IMG/VR virus record: IMGVR_UViG_3300042898_006156
Coordinates: 49,560 to 113,559 of that record
From: a virus
Direction: 5' to 3' (one strand)
DNA length: 64,000 nucleotides
Made by a program: the position numbers and the translations under genes. Below the pieces are notes generated by a model that saw only the letters and a program-made list of their open reading frames with translations, had not been told where the DNA came from and did not search any database. Within the stretch, counting starts at the first letter, position 1. Every line of letters begins with the position of its first letter. Shown here in pieces: positions 18,875-28,017 of the stretch.

Positions 18875-19882
18875 ATGACTCGACGTGTTTCTGCTACAAA
18901 GATGGTTGCTTCACAGCCAAATCCATCAACTCCTCGTAATTCATTTCCTCGCTTGCAGGATATTCTCGTAAATCTTTCAGTCAAGGACTCACCAAAGGTT
19001 GTCCGTCGTCTGAAGCTTATCGGTGACCCAATTTCATTTATTGAATTCACTGACAAGGTTTATATTCCAAACCCTAACAATGATCCTTCCCTTCGTGGTA
19101 AGACTCAACGTGTACCATTTCCAGATGCTGATTTGAACAAGTCCTTTGTTCGAATTGGACATGATGATCCAAAGCAATGTCCTTGGAAGAAAATGGGTTA
19201 TGTTGGTACCACACAGTATGCCCAGAATGTTCTTGAGAAGCAAGAAGATGGTTCCTGGGAAGCAAAGATCCTAAAGAAGGGTAAGAGCATTTTCAATCGT
19301 ATTGCTGAACAAACCATTCAGAATTATGAAGATGCTGAGAATGAAGATGGCGATGGTCGTCACTATGGTACTCGCAATTCTCCTTGCGTAAAGATTACTG
19401 CTACCGCTACAGGTCAACCAGCTCCTCTTTCAGTTGATTACACACTATATTTTGAAGGCAAGCCAACTTACATTACTGATGAAATGATTGAGCTTCTTCG
19501 TAAAGCTGGTGAGCCATCAACAGAAGATCTTGTGGCAGAGCGTGTAAATTACAACAACGATCGTGAAGATGATCCTAATATGCCAGAATGGGAAGATTTC
19601 TTTACCTATGGTTTTCCTCTGCTCAAGATTTTCAAATTCACTGTTCCAAAGAATGCTGATTCTGAAGTATCTTCAAATTCTTACAAGGTCTCTGCTCCAG
19701 TAGAGGCTCCAAAGGTTGTTGCTAAACCAGCGCCTGTTGTTGAAGATGAAGATGATGATGAGGAAGAATTTATTCCAGCACCAAAACCAGCTCGTCCTGC
19801 TAAGAAGGCTGTTATCTTAGATGAGGATGACGAAGAAGGTGATGATGATGCTCCTTCTCTTGGATGGATGGGCAAGAAGTAA
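18875..19882 (+). CDS. Putative phage single-stranded DNA-binding protein
   Basis: Beta-rich core, long acidic C-terminal tail, located between polymerase and RecA, GGAG RBS. Confidence 0.65.
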   Translation: MTRRVSATKMVASQPNPSTPRNSFPRLQDILVNLSVKDSPKVVRRLKLIGDPISFIEFTDKVYIPNPNNDPSLRGKTQRVPFPDADLNKSFVRIGHDDPKQCPWKKMGYVGTTQYAQNVLEKQEDGSWEAKILKKGKSIFNRIAEQTIQNYEDAENEDGDGRHYGTRNSPCVKITATATGQPAPLSVDYTLYFEGKPTYITDEMIELLRKAGEPSTEDLVAERVNYNNDREDDPNMPEWEDFFTYGFPLLKIFKFTVPKNADSEVSSNSYKVSAPVEAPKVVAKPAPVVEDEDDDEEEFIPAPKPARPAKKAVILDEDDEEGDDDAPSLGWMGKK

Positions 19883-19887
19883 TTGAT

Positions 19888-19918
19888 AAAAGGGATGGAT
19901 TTATTCCATCCCTTTTTT
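19888..19918 (+). terminator. Rho-independent terminator
   Basis: AAAAGGGATGGA-tttat-TCCATCCCTTTTTT. Confidence 0.8.
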
Positions 19919-19929
19919 GAGGATAAATT

Positions 19930-21150
19930 ATGGCTAGAAAAGAACTAAACGAAGCAATTGATAAAGATCAAGAGCGTTTATTGAAACAAAAACTTAAAGC
20001 ACTTGGAATTGATGAAAAGTGTGTTAAGTCTGGTGATGTAGAGAATATTGAATTTATTCCCACAGGTGTTTTTGAAGTTGATTCAATCCTTGGCGCAGGT
20101 ATGGGAATTCCTGCTGGCACATTGATTGAATTTTGTGGTGAATCACAATCTGGCAAAACTTGGCTTGGTTACAAGCTGATTGCTGAAGCTCAAAAATTGG
20201 GTAAGAAGTGTGCTTTCTTCAATGTTGAGAATTCATATTATCCTTTACGTGCCTTATCTTGTGGTGTCAACACTGCTCAACTTTTGCTTGTTGAAAACGT
20301 TGGCTCCGCAGAAAAGTACGGTGAATTGCTCAAGTTTATGGTTGAAACTGGAGACTATTCTGTAATTATTGTTGACTCTATATCAGCAATGATACCAAAT
20401 GATGAATTAGTTAAGTCTATGGAGCAAGTTCAAACAATTGGACTTCATGCACGATTTGTAAAAAGATTAACCAAAGATTTAACTGCTAAAACTGCTGCAT
20501 CTGGAACTATTGTTGTACTTATCAATCAGCTCTATATGGGTGCTGGAGTGATGCCTGGGACAATGGCAAAAACTGCTTCTGGTGGTAATGCTATGAACTA
20601 CTTCACTCACATGCGCCTATGGATCAATAAGATCAATGGTGCTGCTGGACAAGTTACCAAGAAAGATGCTGAAGGTAAAGATGTCGTAATTGGTGGCAAG
20701 AGCAAAGTTCTTGTTATGAAGACTCGTTATGGTCAACCTGGTGTCACTGGTGAATTCAAAATTATGTTCACTGATGATGAAACTACAAATCCTGTTGATG
20801 AATTTCTCTATAAGGCTAAGGCCAAGGGGTTTGAATACGTCAAGGAAGTTCGTAAGAAGTTTATTTACACGAACATTGATACTGGAGAAGTTATAGAATC
20901 TAAAGATGCATATGAATTCTGCAAACTTTTAATGACTCAACCAGCTCCTGAAAAGCGTACTCGTAATGATAATTCTACTACGGCATTTGAATTTATTTGT
21001 GGACGTTTGAAAGTAGTTGGAAAACCACTTGCTGATCTTGTTGAAGCGATCAGTAAAGGTCCATCTTCTGACGATATTGATGAAGACGATGATGATGGTG
21101 ACGATGGTGGCATTGATTTTGATGTTGCTGCAAAACAAATGCTTGAATAA
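19930..21150 (+). CDS. recA: RecA/UvsX recombinase
   Basis: IPTGVFEVDSILG, GESQSGKT, IIVDSISA, INQL, ASGGNAMNY. Confidence 0.93.
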   Translation: MARKELNEAIDKDQERLLKQKLKALGIDEKCVKSGDVENIEFIPTGVFEVDSILGAGMGIPAGTLIEFCGESQSGKTWLGYKLIAEAQKLGKKCAFFNVENSYYPLRALSCGVNTAQLLLVENVGSAEKYGELLKFMVETGDYSVIIVDSISAMIPNDELVKSMEQVQTIGLHARFVKRLTKDLTAKTAASGTIVVLINQLYMGAGVMPGTMAKTASGGNAMNYFTHMRLWINKINGAAGQVTKKDAEGKDVVIGGKSKVLVMKTRYGQPGVTGEFKIMFTDDETTNPVDEFLYKAKAKGFEYVKEVRKKFIYTNIDTGEVIESKDAYEFCKLLMTQPAPEKRTRNDNSTTAFEFICGRLKVVGKPLADLVEAISKGPSSDDIDEDDDDGDDGGIDFDVAAKQMLE

Positions 21151-21152
21151 TT

Positions 21153-21181
21153 AAAAAACCCCTCGAAAGAGGGGTTTTTTT
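21153..21181. terminator. Bidirectional rho-independent terminator
   Basis: AAAAAACCCCTC-GAAA-GAGGGGTTTTTT between convergent genes. Confidence 0.9.
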
Positions 21182-21830
21182 ACATCATTGGTAATGGACT
21201 TGCTTTTCTGAAATCTTTGTATATTCTGTTAACTTGTTTTACAAAAGCTTCGTTTCTTGCAGAATTTTCAAAAAAATCTTGATAATCTAAAGCTAATTTG
21301 TCAGCTTTAAACTTCTTCTTATTTTTGAGCAATTCTTTGATTTGACCAATAATTCTTCTGTATACATAACCTTGCTCTCTTTCATCAAGAATAGGCATTT
21401 TTGGACCAGAGGGTTTATTAATAGTAATATCAGTGTTAGAATTACCAGAAGGTGTATCTTCCACATTTTCATTTTTTTCAGGTCTTAAAGTAGGATTATC
21501 TGGATCTATTACAGTTGTAAATTTACCCAATCTATTTCTTTGATCAGTGGCTTTTTCTATAGCTTTATCAATATACTCTCTTTCTTCTTCAGAATATCGG
21601 CCTGGATCATTTTGATACCACTTGACTAAATTTTCAAAATCTTCATTTGGATTTTGAGCCAAAAGAAACAACTCATCCATAAATTTTTCAGGAGTTTTTA
21701 CTTCATTGGATACAATTTGGGATACTTTTAAAAATTGTTTATGAAGCACTTCTGCAGCTTTGAAATCTCCATAAGTTTCTAATAATTCAATATCTTTGTT
21801 GATTTTTGATAACTTTATAAATTTATTCAT
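21180..21830 (-). CDS. Putative virion cargo protein with helical leader
   Basis: 216 aa; leader MNKFIKLSKINKDIELLETYGDFKAAEVLHKQFLKVSQ shared with neighbour. Confidence 0.75.
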   Translation of the reverse strand: MNKFIKLSKINKDIELLETYGDFKAAEVLHKQFLKVSQIVSNEVKTPEKFMDELFLLAQNPNEDFENLVKWYQNDPGRYSEEEREYIDKAIEKATDQRNRLGKFTTVIDPDNPTLRPEKNENVEDTPSGNSNTDITINKPSGPKMPILDEREQGYVYRRIIGQIKELLKNKKKFKADKLALDYQDFFENSARNEAFVKQVNRIYKDFRKASPLPMM

Positions 21831-21832
21831 AA

Positions 21833-22489
21833 TTAACTCTTTGCTACTGATCCACCTTTATTTTTATCAATCATTCCTCTCAATGTATTGCACTGTGCTG
21901 CAAATGGTCCACAATCCATACCATATTCTCGCTGTAATCTTTGCAATTCGTTTTCTAAATATTGCAGTTCTTGATCTTTTTTATTTTTATCACCATACTG
22001 AGTTGGAGGTGGAGTAGGAGGAGGTACATTTTGTCCACCTGGATTTGTATTACTTCCTTCGTAAGGAGGCTGTACTTGTCCACCAGGTGCAGGCGCAGGT
22101 GAAGGTAATGGTGCTATCTGCATATTTCCAGGGCTCGGTTTAGGAGCTGGAGCAGGGCTTGGAGCTGGGCTTACTCCTGGATTTGGTGGGCCTATTGTTT
22201 GAACAGGAGTTGTTCTTGGTTGAGCTACAGGCATTTGTGCAGGTGCAACAACTGGTTTGGCTAGAGTTGTTGGAGCGATCATTGGTCTTGCCATCATTTG
22301 AGGCATCATCATTGGCATCATTTGTGGCATCATCATTTGAGGCATCATTGTGGTCATCATTTGAGGCATTGCATACTGTGCCTCTTTAATAAACTTCTGA
22401 TGTAATATTTCTGCTGCTTTGATTTTGCCAGCATTCTCTAATAATTCGATATCTCTATTTAATTGAGCTAATTTTTGAAATTTGTTCAT
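21833..22489 (-). CDS. Met/Pro/Gln-rich low-complexity putative virion cargo protein with helical leader
   Basis: 218 aa; leader ends FIKEAQ, followed by MPQMM repeats and a Pro-rich region. Confidence 0.75.
   Translation of the reverse strand: MNKFQKLAQLNRDIELLENAGKIKAAEILHQKFIKEAQYAMPQMMTTMMPQMMMPQMMPMMMPQMMARPMIAPTTLAKPVVAPAQMPVAQPRTTPVQTIGPPNPGVSPAPSPAPAPKPSPGNMQIAPLPSPAPAPGGQVQPPYEGSNTNPGGQNVPPPTPPPTQYGDKNKKDQELQYLENELQRLQREYGMDCGPFAAQCNTLRGMIDKNKGGSVAKS
22291..22372 (-). repeat. Imperfect tandem coding repeat (MPQMM units)
   Basis: Repeated GGCATCAT(CAT)TTG(A/T) units on the + strand. Confidence 0.75.
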
Positions 22490-22522
22490 TTTTACAACCT
22501 AGACTAAAATGATATTATAGTT

Positions 22523-22549
22523 TTCCCAAGAGTTGATTTTTCTACCTTT
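22523..22549 (-). promoter_or_regulatory. Putative late promoter AAAGG-N18-GGAA
   Basis: Same geometry as the AAGG-N18-AGAA motif, upstream of 22489. Confidence 0.55.
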
Positions 22550-22560
22550 AATGATACAAT
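22533..22560 (+). promoter_or_regulatory. sigma70-type promoter TTGATT-N16-TACAAT (extended TG), leaderless position
   Basis: -10 ends 7 nt before the primase ATG at 22568. Confidence 0.6.
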
Positions 22561-22567
22561 TTAACTG

Positions 22568-23332
22568 ATGAACAGCATTGAATTGAACTATAATCAATTT
22601 CTCCGCAACTTTGGTGAGAATAAAACTGTTCAAGATTATTTCCAAACTAGAAATTTATCTAACAAAATTATCCAAAATAATCTTATTGCATTCTGCCCTT
22701 CTTATTCAAGGTATGAATTTCCATTATTAAAAGGCAGATTGATCGTTCCAATTAGAGATGTTCACGGTAATTTTATTGCTCTTGCTGGCAGACAAATTCC
22801 AGATTTAAGAGAACAAACAGTGCAAGCATTTTGGGATCTTTATGGGCACGAACCTGCTAAATGTGCTGACAAAATCAACAAATGGAATAAAGGCAAATGG
22901 ATAAACGAGCCATATCAAAAGAATAAAAATCTATTCTTTCTTGATGTAGCAAAAACAATGGCACGTCAAAAGAACTATCTTATATTGACAGAAGGATACT
23001 TTGATGTTTATTCATTTTATGACAATGGTTTAGAAAATGTAGTTGCCCTTTGTGGAACTGCTATTTCTGATCATCAAATTGCTCTTGCCTCCAGATATTG
23101 TGATAATCTAGTTGTTCTTATGGATGCTGATGATGCTGGCAAAATTGCATCAGAAAAAGTAATCAGCAAAATAGAAGAATTGGGATTGAAAGCTATTAGA
23201 ATATTTCTTCCTTCTGGTATGGATCCTGATGACTTTGCACAAAAATTTGATGTATCTCTTCTTGATGAAACTATTTTGAAGATGATTGACTCTGGTAAGA
23301 AAACTTTAAGTATAAGGGCTGAAAATGGATAG
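22568..23332 (+). CDS. dnaG: DNA primase catalytic core (TOPRIM), lacking the zinc-binding domain
   Basis: RLIVPIRD...ALAGR, LTEGYFDV, VALCGTA, MDADDAG, GMDPDD. Confidence 0.9.
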   Translation: MNSIELNYNQFLRNFGENKTVQDYFQTRNLSNKIIQNNLIAFCPSYSRYEFPLLKGRLIVPIRDVHGNFIALAGRQIPDLREQTVQAFWDLYGHEPAKCADKINKWNKGKWINEPYQKNKNLFFLDVAKTMARQKNYLILTEGYFDVYSFYDNGLENVVALCGTAISDHQIALASRYCDNLVVLMDADDAGKIASEKVISKIEELGLKAIRIFLPSGMDPDDFAQKFDVSLLDETILKMIDSGKKTLSIRAENG

Positions 23333-25118
23333 AATTGAAACAGTTTGGAAAATGAGAGAATGTAGTATGCAAGAAGTTAAAGAACTTGCATATGAACTTG
23401 AGATACCTATTCCTGTAGCCCAAGTTATGCTTACTCGTGGAATTGATTCAGTAGACAAAGCTGAACAATTTTTAGATCTTAAAATTAATAAACTTCATAA
23501 TCCAATGACTCTTCCTGATGCTGAAATTGCTATCAAAAGAATTAGCAAAGCCATCGATACAGGTGAGAAGATCTTTGTATGGGGCGACTATGATGTGGAT
23601 GGCATTACTTCCACTGCAATTGTTGTCACTGCTCTTGAGAAAATGGGAGCAAATATAGAATACAAAGTTCCTCACAGAATGGAAGATGGATACGATATCA
23701 AGATGCATTCTGTTGATCAGGCTTTGGCTTCTGGTGCAACTCTTCTTATGAGCGTGGACTGTGGAATTGTTGCATTTGAAACTGGTGCATATGCAAAAGA
23801 GAAAAATCTTGATTTGATTATCACTGACCACCATCATCCTAGTGAAGATGGATCGTTGCCTGAAGCTATGGCAGTGGTAAATCCAAACAGAGATGATCCT
23901 TTCTATCCAGGAGAACATTTTCAGTCTTATAAGAAAGATAGTTTTGAACGCTATCCATTTGATTATCTGGCTGGTTGTGGAATTGCTTTTAAATTGATGC
24001 TTGGATTAGCTAGGTATCGTAAGCTAAATGTTTTTGATTTTGTAGATAATCTAATTGAATTTGCAGCTTTGGGCACTGTAGCTGACGTTGCTCCGATGAT
24101 TGATGAAAACAGAGTTATAGTTAATTATGGATGTTCAATTCTTTCTAACAGTAATAAGCCAGGAATAAAAGAACTTCTTCGTATTGCTGGTGTCAAAGAT
24201 GTAACTCCAACTACTATTGGTTTTCAAATTGGCCCAAGAATCAATGCTATAGGTAGACTTGCTGATGCTGGTACTGCTTTATCATTGATGCTGTCCAAAG
24301 ATGACATAACAGCAGCTAATCTTGCCAAGCAGATGAACAATGCCAATACTAAAAGACAAGAACAGCAAGAGAAAGCAACTCAACAAGCTATAGATTTTGT
24401 TGAGAGAAATTTTGATTTAGAGAAAGAGCATATATTGATTTTGGGTGAAGAAGATTGGCATCCAGGATTGATTGGTTTAATTGCTGGCAAAATTGCAGAA
24501 ATGTACAACAAGCCTACTTTGGTTTGTTCATTTAAGAAGGATGGATATGCTAAAGGTTCTTGTCGTTCCACTCGTGATTTTAATATCTTGGATGCTCTCA
24601 AGTCAGAAGAGGCTTGGAAATTATTCAAGAAAAGAGCAGATGGTTCTACTGTTTGTGGGGGTCATGCTTTTGCTGCTGGTTTTGAACTTGCTATAGATAA
24701 TATTCCAGCAATGAGAGCAGCATTGAATAATTATGCTCAAGATAGATTGGGAGAACCATCTTCTGAAAAGATTATTGATATTGATGCTCGTATGCCATTT
24801 GGTGATTTGAACATTAAGACATATGTTCATCTTTCAAAAATCTCACCTTTTGGTAGTGGTAATCATAATCCAATCTTCATCACAAAGAATATGACTCTTG
24901 TTGAAGCTAAACCACTTACTCAAGGTAAACACGCAAAATTAAAATTATCAAATGGTGAGAAAACTTGGGTTCCTGCTAATGCTTGGAGGCGGGGATATAT
25001 TTGTAATGAATTTAAACCTGGCGACAAAGTTGATGTTGTTTACACTGTCGAGATAGATAATTGGTCAGGTGGAAATAATTTAGTTATGATTCTTGAGGAT
25101 ATAAAACTCTCTGGTTGA
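23325..25118 (+). CDS. recJ: RecJ ssDNA exonuclease (DHH family)
   Basis: GDYDVDGITS, VDCG, TDHH, GTVADV, PRINAIGR, GSCRS, GGHAFAAG, PFGSGN. Confidence 0.95.
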   Translation: MDRIETVWKMRECSMQEVKELAYELEIPIPVAQVMLTRGIDSVDKAEQFLDLKINKLHNPMTLPDAEIAIKRISKAIDTGEKIFVWGDYDVDGITSTAIVVTALEKMGANIEYKVPHRMEDGYDIKMHSVDQALASGATLLMSVDCGIVAFETGAYAKEKNLDLIITDHHHPSEDGSLPEAMAVVNPNRDDPFYPGEHFQSYKKDSFERYPFDYLAGCGIAFKLMLGLARYRKLNVFDFVDNLIEFAALGTVADVAPMIDENRVIVNYGCSILSNSNKPGIKELLRIAGVKDVTPTTIGFQIGPRINAIGRLADAGTALSLMLSKDDITAANLAKQMNNANTKRQEQQEKATQQAIDFVERNFDLEKEHILILGEEDWHPGLIGLIAGKIAEMYNKPTLVCSFKKDGYAKGSCRSTRDFNILDALKSEEAWKLFKKRADGSTVCGGHAFAAGFELAIDNIPAMRAALNNYAQDRLGEPSSEKIIDIDARMPFGDLNIKTYVHLSKISPFGSGNHNPIFITKNMTLVEAKPLTQGKHAKLKLSNGEKTWVPANAWRRGYICNEFKPGDKVDVVYTVEIDNWSGGNNLVMILEDIKLSG

Positions 25119-25172
25119 TTTCTAATTTTAAAAACAGTAACTATAATTGTAATATCAACGAGGGAATCTTAA

Positions 25173-26147
25173 GTGAACGAGGATATTACAAAACAAGCAA
25201 AGATAAGGACTCAAGAAAATTTAGAAATAGCCATTCTAAAATATCAAGAGGCTTTACTATCAGGCAATAAATGGCGGATAGACAGGCAATACAAAGAAGT
25301 ATGTAAGCTTTATCCGCCTTATCTACATATGCAAGAATGGTGGAATCAATATCATTACTTGTATGACTCACAAGAAGATTTTGCATCAGATTATATAAAA
25401 ATTTTCTGCAATGTCTTGTCAAATTGGAAACCCCGCAATACCAGAAAAGTATCTCGTTATGGAGGAAGTGGGGAATTCAAAAACTATTTTATCGGCGCAT
25501 TACAACACAACTATATCAACTTAGTCAAAGCTGATAATGCTGGTAAAAGAAATCCCTCTCAAAAATGCCCAATTTGTGAAAAATGGGTAAATCCTCTTTC
25601 AACCCATATATTAGTTCATCATCATCATATTCTTTGGGATCATTTAAAAAACACTGGAATTATTCTAGAAGACCTTGAAAGATGTTCATTTTGTAAATCT
25701 CATAAAATGCCAAGAAGCTATGAATGTCTTGAAAATTGTGAAAATAAAAAAGATGGATCGTGTGAGAAATGTATGATAATTCAAAGAACAGCAATTATTA
25801 GAAAGCATATTTTATCCAAGCATTCATCTATGCTTTTTCAAAAATTTAATGAACTTTATCCAGATTATCAAACTGTTTCTCCTAGAGCTTTAAGTGTTTA
25901 TATGTCTGAAGAAGATGACAATGAAAATATCTGTTATTACGACAGCATCAAAGATGAAAATAAAATTAATAATTTAATGAATTTAAGTTTAGATGAAGTT
26001 GAAAATAAAATTATTTCAACCATTCTAAATGGATCATCAAAGCTAAAATATGATTCAAAGCTATATGGCTGCAGTGCTTCAGAGTTCAATAAAGCTGTAG
26101 AAAATATAAAGACGAAAATGTCTCTTATTGGAATTGAGGAAAACTAA
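25173..26147 (+). CDS. Divergent sigma-factor-like protein with inserted zinc fingers
   Basis: Region-2-like FKNYFIGALQHNYINLVK; CPICEKWVNPLSTHILVHH (C2H2), CSFC, CEKC...KHILSKH; C-terminal region-4-like helices. Confidence 0.55.
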   Translation: MNEDITKQAKIRTQENLEIAILKYQEALLSGNKWRIDRQYKEVCKLYPPYLHMQEWWNQYHYLYDSQEDFASDYIKIFCNVLSNWKPRNTRKVSRYGGSGEFKNYFIGALQHNYINLVKADNAGKRNPSQKCPICEKWVNPLSTHILVHHHHILWDHLKNTGIILEDLERCSFCKSHKMPRSYECLENCENKKDGSCEKCMIIQRTAIIRKHILSKHSSMLFQKFNELYPDYQTVSPRALSVYMSEEDDNENICYYDSIKDENKINNLMNLSLDEVENKIISTILNGSSKLKYDSKLYGCSASEFNKAVENIKTKMSLIGIEEN

Positions 26148-26149
26148 AA

Positions 26150-26536
26150 ATGGATAAGATTGAAGAACCTGTGAGCACTATTGCCACAAATGAAAAACCA
26201 AAGAATAATACAAATGACCCAAGGATATTAAAAGCACGAGGAGGAGATCCAAATGCTGAGGATCCTTTGAAGAGACCTACTGATCCTATTGGCTTAAGTC
26301 GTAGTATTTTGCATGTACTTAAAGAGCACGAGTATGTTAGAATTTTATCTGTTGGACCTACTGCATTAAATTCAATTATGACAGCATTCAGACTAGCGTC
26401 CAGAGAAGTTGAAAGTTTGACTAATGGATCAGTTTTAGTTTGTCGTCAATCAGAATATAGTGCTGAAGTTGCTGGCAAGAAAACAAAGGGAATTTCCACT
26501 CGTATTTTTGCTATTGATATTAAGTTTGCATTGTAA
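26150..26536 (+). CDS. spoVS: SpoVS-like protein
   Basis: ILKARG...TDPIGLSRSILHVLKEHEYVRILSVGPTALNSIMTAFRLA...LVCR...EVAGKKTKGI aligns by eye with SpoVS (ILKVS...P.SVAGALAGVLRE.G.AEIQAIGAGALNQAVKA.AIA...LIC...IDGEERTAI). Confidence 0.7.
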   Translation: MDKIEEPVSTIATNEKPKNNTNDPRILKARGGDPNAEDPLKRPTDPIGLSRSILHVLKEHEYVRILSVGPTALNSIMTAFRLASREVESLTNGSVLVCRQSEYSAEVAGKKTKGISTRIFAIDIKFAL

Positions 26537-26539
26537 GAG

Positions 26540-26983
26540 ATGAGAAAAACTAGTTGGCTTGATCAAAAAAGACAATTTCTATCAGATTATTTTGCTAAGA
26601 AAAACAACGGAATTATTAACGTTTTTGTTGAGGAATATTCTAATCCCAAAGAGAATAGTATAGTCAGTAAATATCATTCTTGGACAAAACTTATTGACGA
26701 GTCTAAGGACTTAAATTCATCGTTTGTGTTGTCATCTTTAGACATTCATCCATCTGGTTTTAGGACAGATGATTCTAAAGCTCAATCTATTTTGGACTCT
26801 GGTTTTAATAAAAAAGTGGATGAAATTTTAGAAACATTAGATGAAAAAGATTTAGAAAAATCTACAGTTCAGGAAAAATTATTAGATTATATTATTGCAA
26901 ACAGATTATATAAGAAGAGGCTGGAAGAACTAATCAAAAAGCTTAAAAATTTAGACCCGTTTGAGTTGCAGAATTACAATTAA
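26540..26983 (+). CDS. Hypothetical protein
   Basis: 147-aa ORF in operon. Confidence 0.7.
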   Translation: MRKTSWLDQKRQFLSDYFAKKNNGIINVFVEEYSNPKENSIVSKYHSWTKLIDESKDLNSSFVLSSLDIHPSGFRTDDSKAQSILDSGFNKKVDEILETLDEKDLEKSTVQEKLLDYIIANRLYKKRLEELIKKLKNLDPFELQNYN

Positions 26984-27008
26984 TACCTCATACTAATTAA
27001 AGGAAGGG

Positions 27009-27048
27009 ATAAAAAATATCTGATAGTTTTCTTTCAGATATTTTTTAT
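27009..27048. promoter_or_regulatory. AT-rich 15-bp inverted repeat before nrdB (operator or weak terminator)
   Basis: ATAAAAAATATCTGA-N10-TCAGATATTTTTTAT. Confidence 0.5.
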
Positions 27049-27058
27049 TGTCAAAACT

Positions 27059-28015
27059 ATGGAAAAAATACTTCAAGAGAATAAAAATCGTTTCGTTTTA
27101 TTCCCAATTGAACATCATGACATTTGGGATTATTACAAGAAGGCACAGCAAGTTTTCTGGACTGCTGAAGAAATTGATTTAGCACAAGATTATACTGATT
27201 GGGAAAAGCTAAATGAAGGAGAACAGCATTTTGTAAAGCACGTTCTAGCTTTCTTTGCTGCATCTGATGGAATCGTAAATGAAAATTTAGCAGAAAACTT
27301 TGTTTCAGAAGTTCAATACACAGAAGCAAAATTTTTCTACGGTTTTCAAATTATGATGGAGAATGTTCACTCCGAGACATACTCCCTTCTTATTGACACA
27401 TATATTAAAGATAAAGAAGAACAGAACCATCTTTTCAATGCAATTGATACAGTTCCAGCTGTTCAAAAGAAAGCTGAATGGGCTCTCAAGTGGATTGGTT
27501 CTGAATCATTTGTTGAACGTCTTGTTGCTTTTGCCGCTGTTGAGGGAATTTTCTTTTCTGGATCTTTCTGTTCAATTTTCTGGCTTAAAAAGCGTGGTTT
27601 GATGCCAGGTCTTTCATTCTCAAACGAATTAATTTCTCGTGATGAAGGTCTTCACACGGACTTCGCAGTTCATCTTTACAAGAATCACATTGAGAATAAA
27701 CTTTCTCGTGAGCGTATTCTTGAGATTATTAATTCTGCTCTTATTATTGAAAAAGAATTTATCACTGAAGCTTTACCTGTCTCATTGATTGGTATGAATT
27801 CTGAATTGATGAAGCAGTATTTAGAGTATGTTTGTGATCGTCTTTTGATGGATTTGGGCGTTGGAAAAGTCTATAATACAGAGAACCCTTTTGACTTTAT
27901 GGCTAATATTGCTTTACAGAATAAGACCAATTTCTTTGAGAAGAGAGTTGCTGACTATGTAAAAAGTGGTGTTGGTGAAGTTCAAGAGCAAATTTCATTC
28001 GACGAGGACTTTTAG
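27059..28015 (+). CDS. nrdB: Ribonucleotide reductase class Ia beta subunit
   Basis: [55 protein letters not shown]. Confidence 0.97.
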   Translation: MEKILQENKNRFVLFPIEHHDIWDYYKKAQQVFWTAEEIDLAQDYTDWEKLNEGEQHFVKHVLAFFAASDGIVNENLAENFVSEVQYTEAKFFYGFQIMMENVHSETYSLLIDTYIKDKEEQNHLFNAIDTVPAVQKKAEWALKWIGSESFVERLVAFAAVEGIFFSGSFCSIFWLKKRGLMPGLSFSNELISRDEGLHTDFAVHLYKNHIENKLSRERILEIINSALIIEKEFITEALPVSLIGMNSELMKQYLEYVCDRLLMDLGVGKVYNTENPFDFMANIALQNKTNFFEKRVADYVKSGVGEVQEQISFDEDF

Positions 28016-28017
28016 TT

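Noticed and set aside
27009-27048. NrdR box upstream of nrdB
   Set aside because: The inverted repeat does not match the acaCwAtATaTwGtgt consensus
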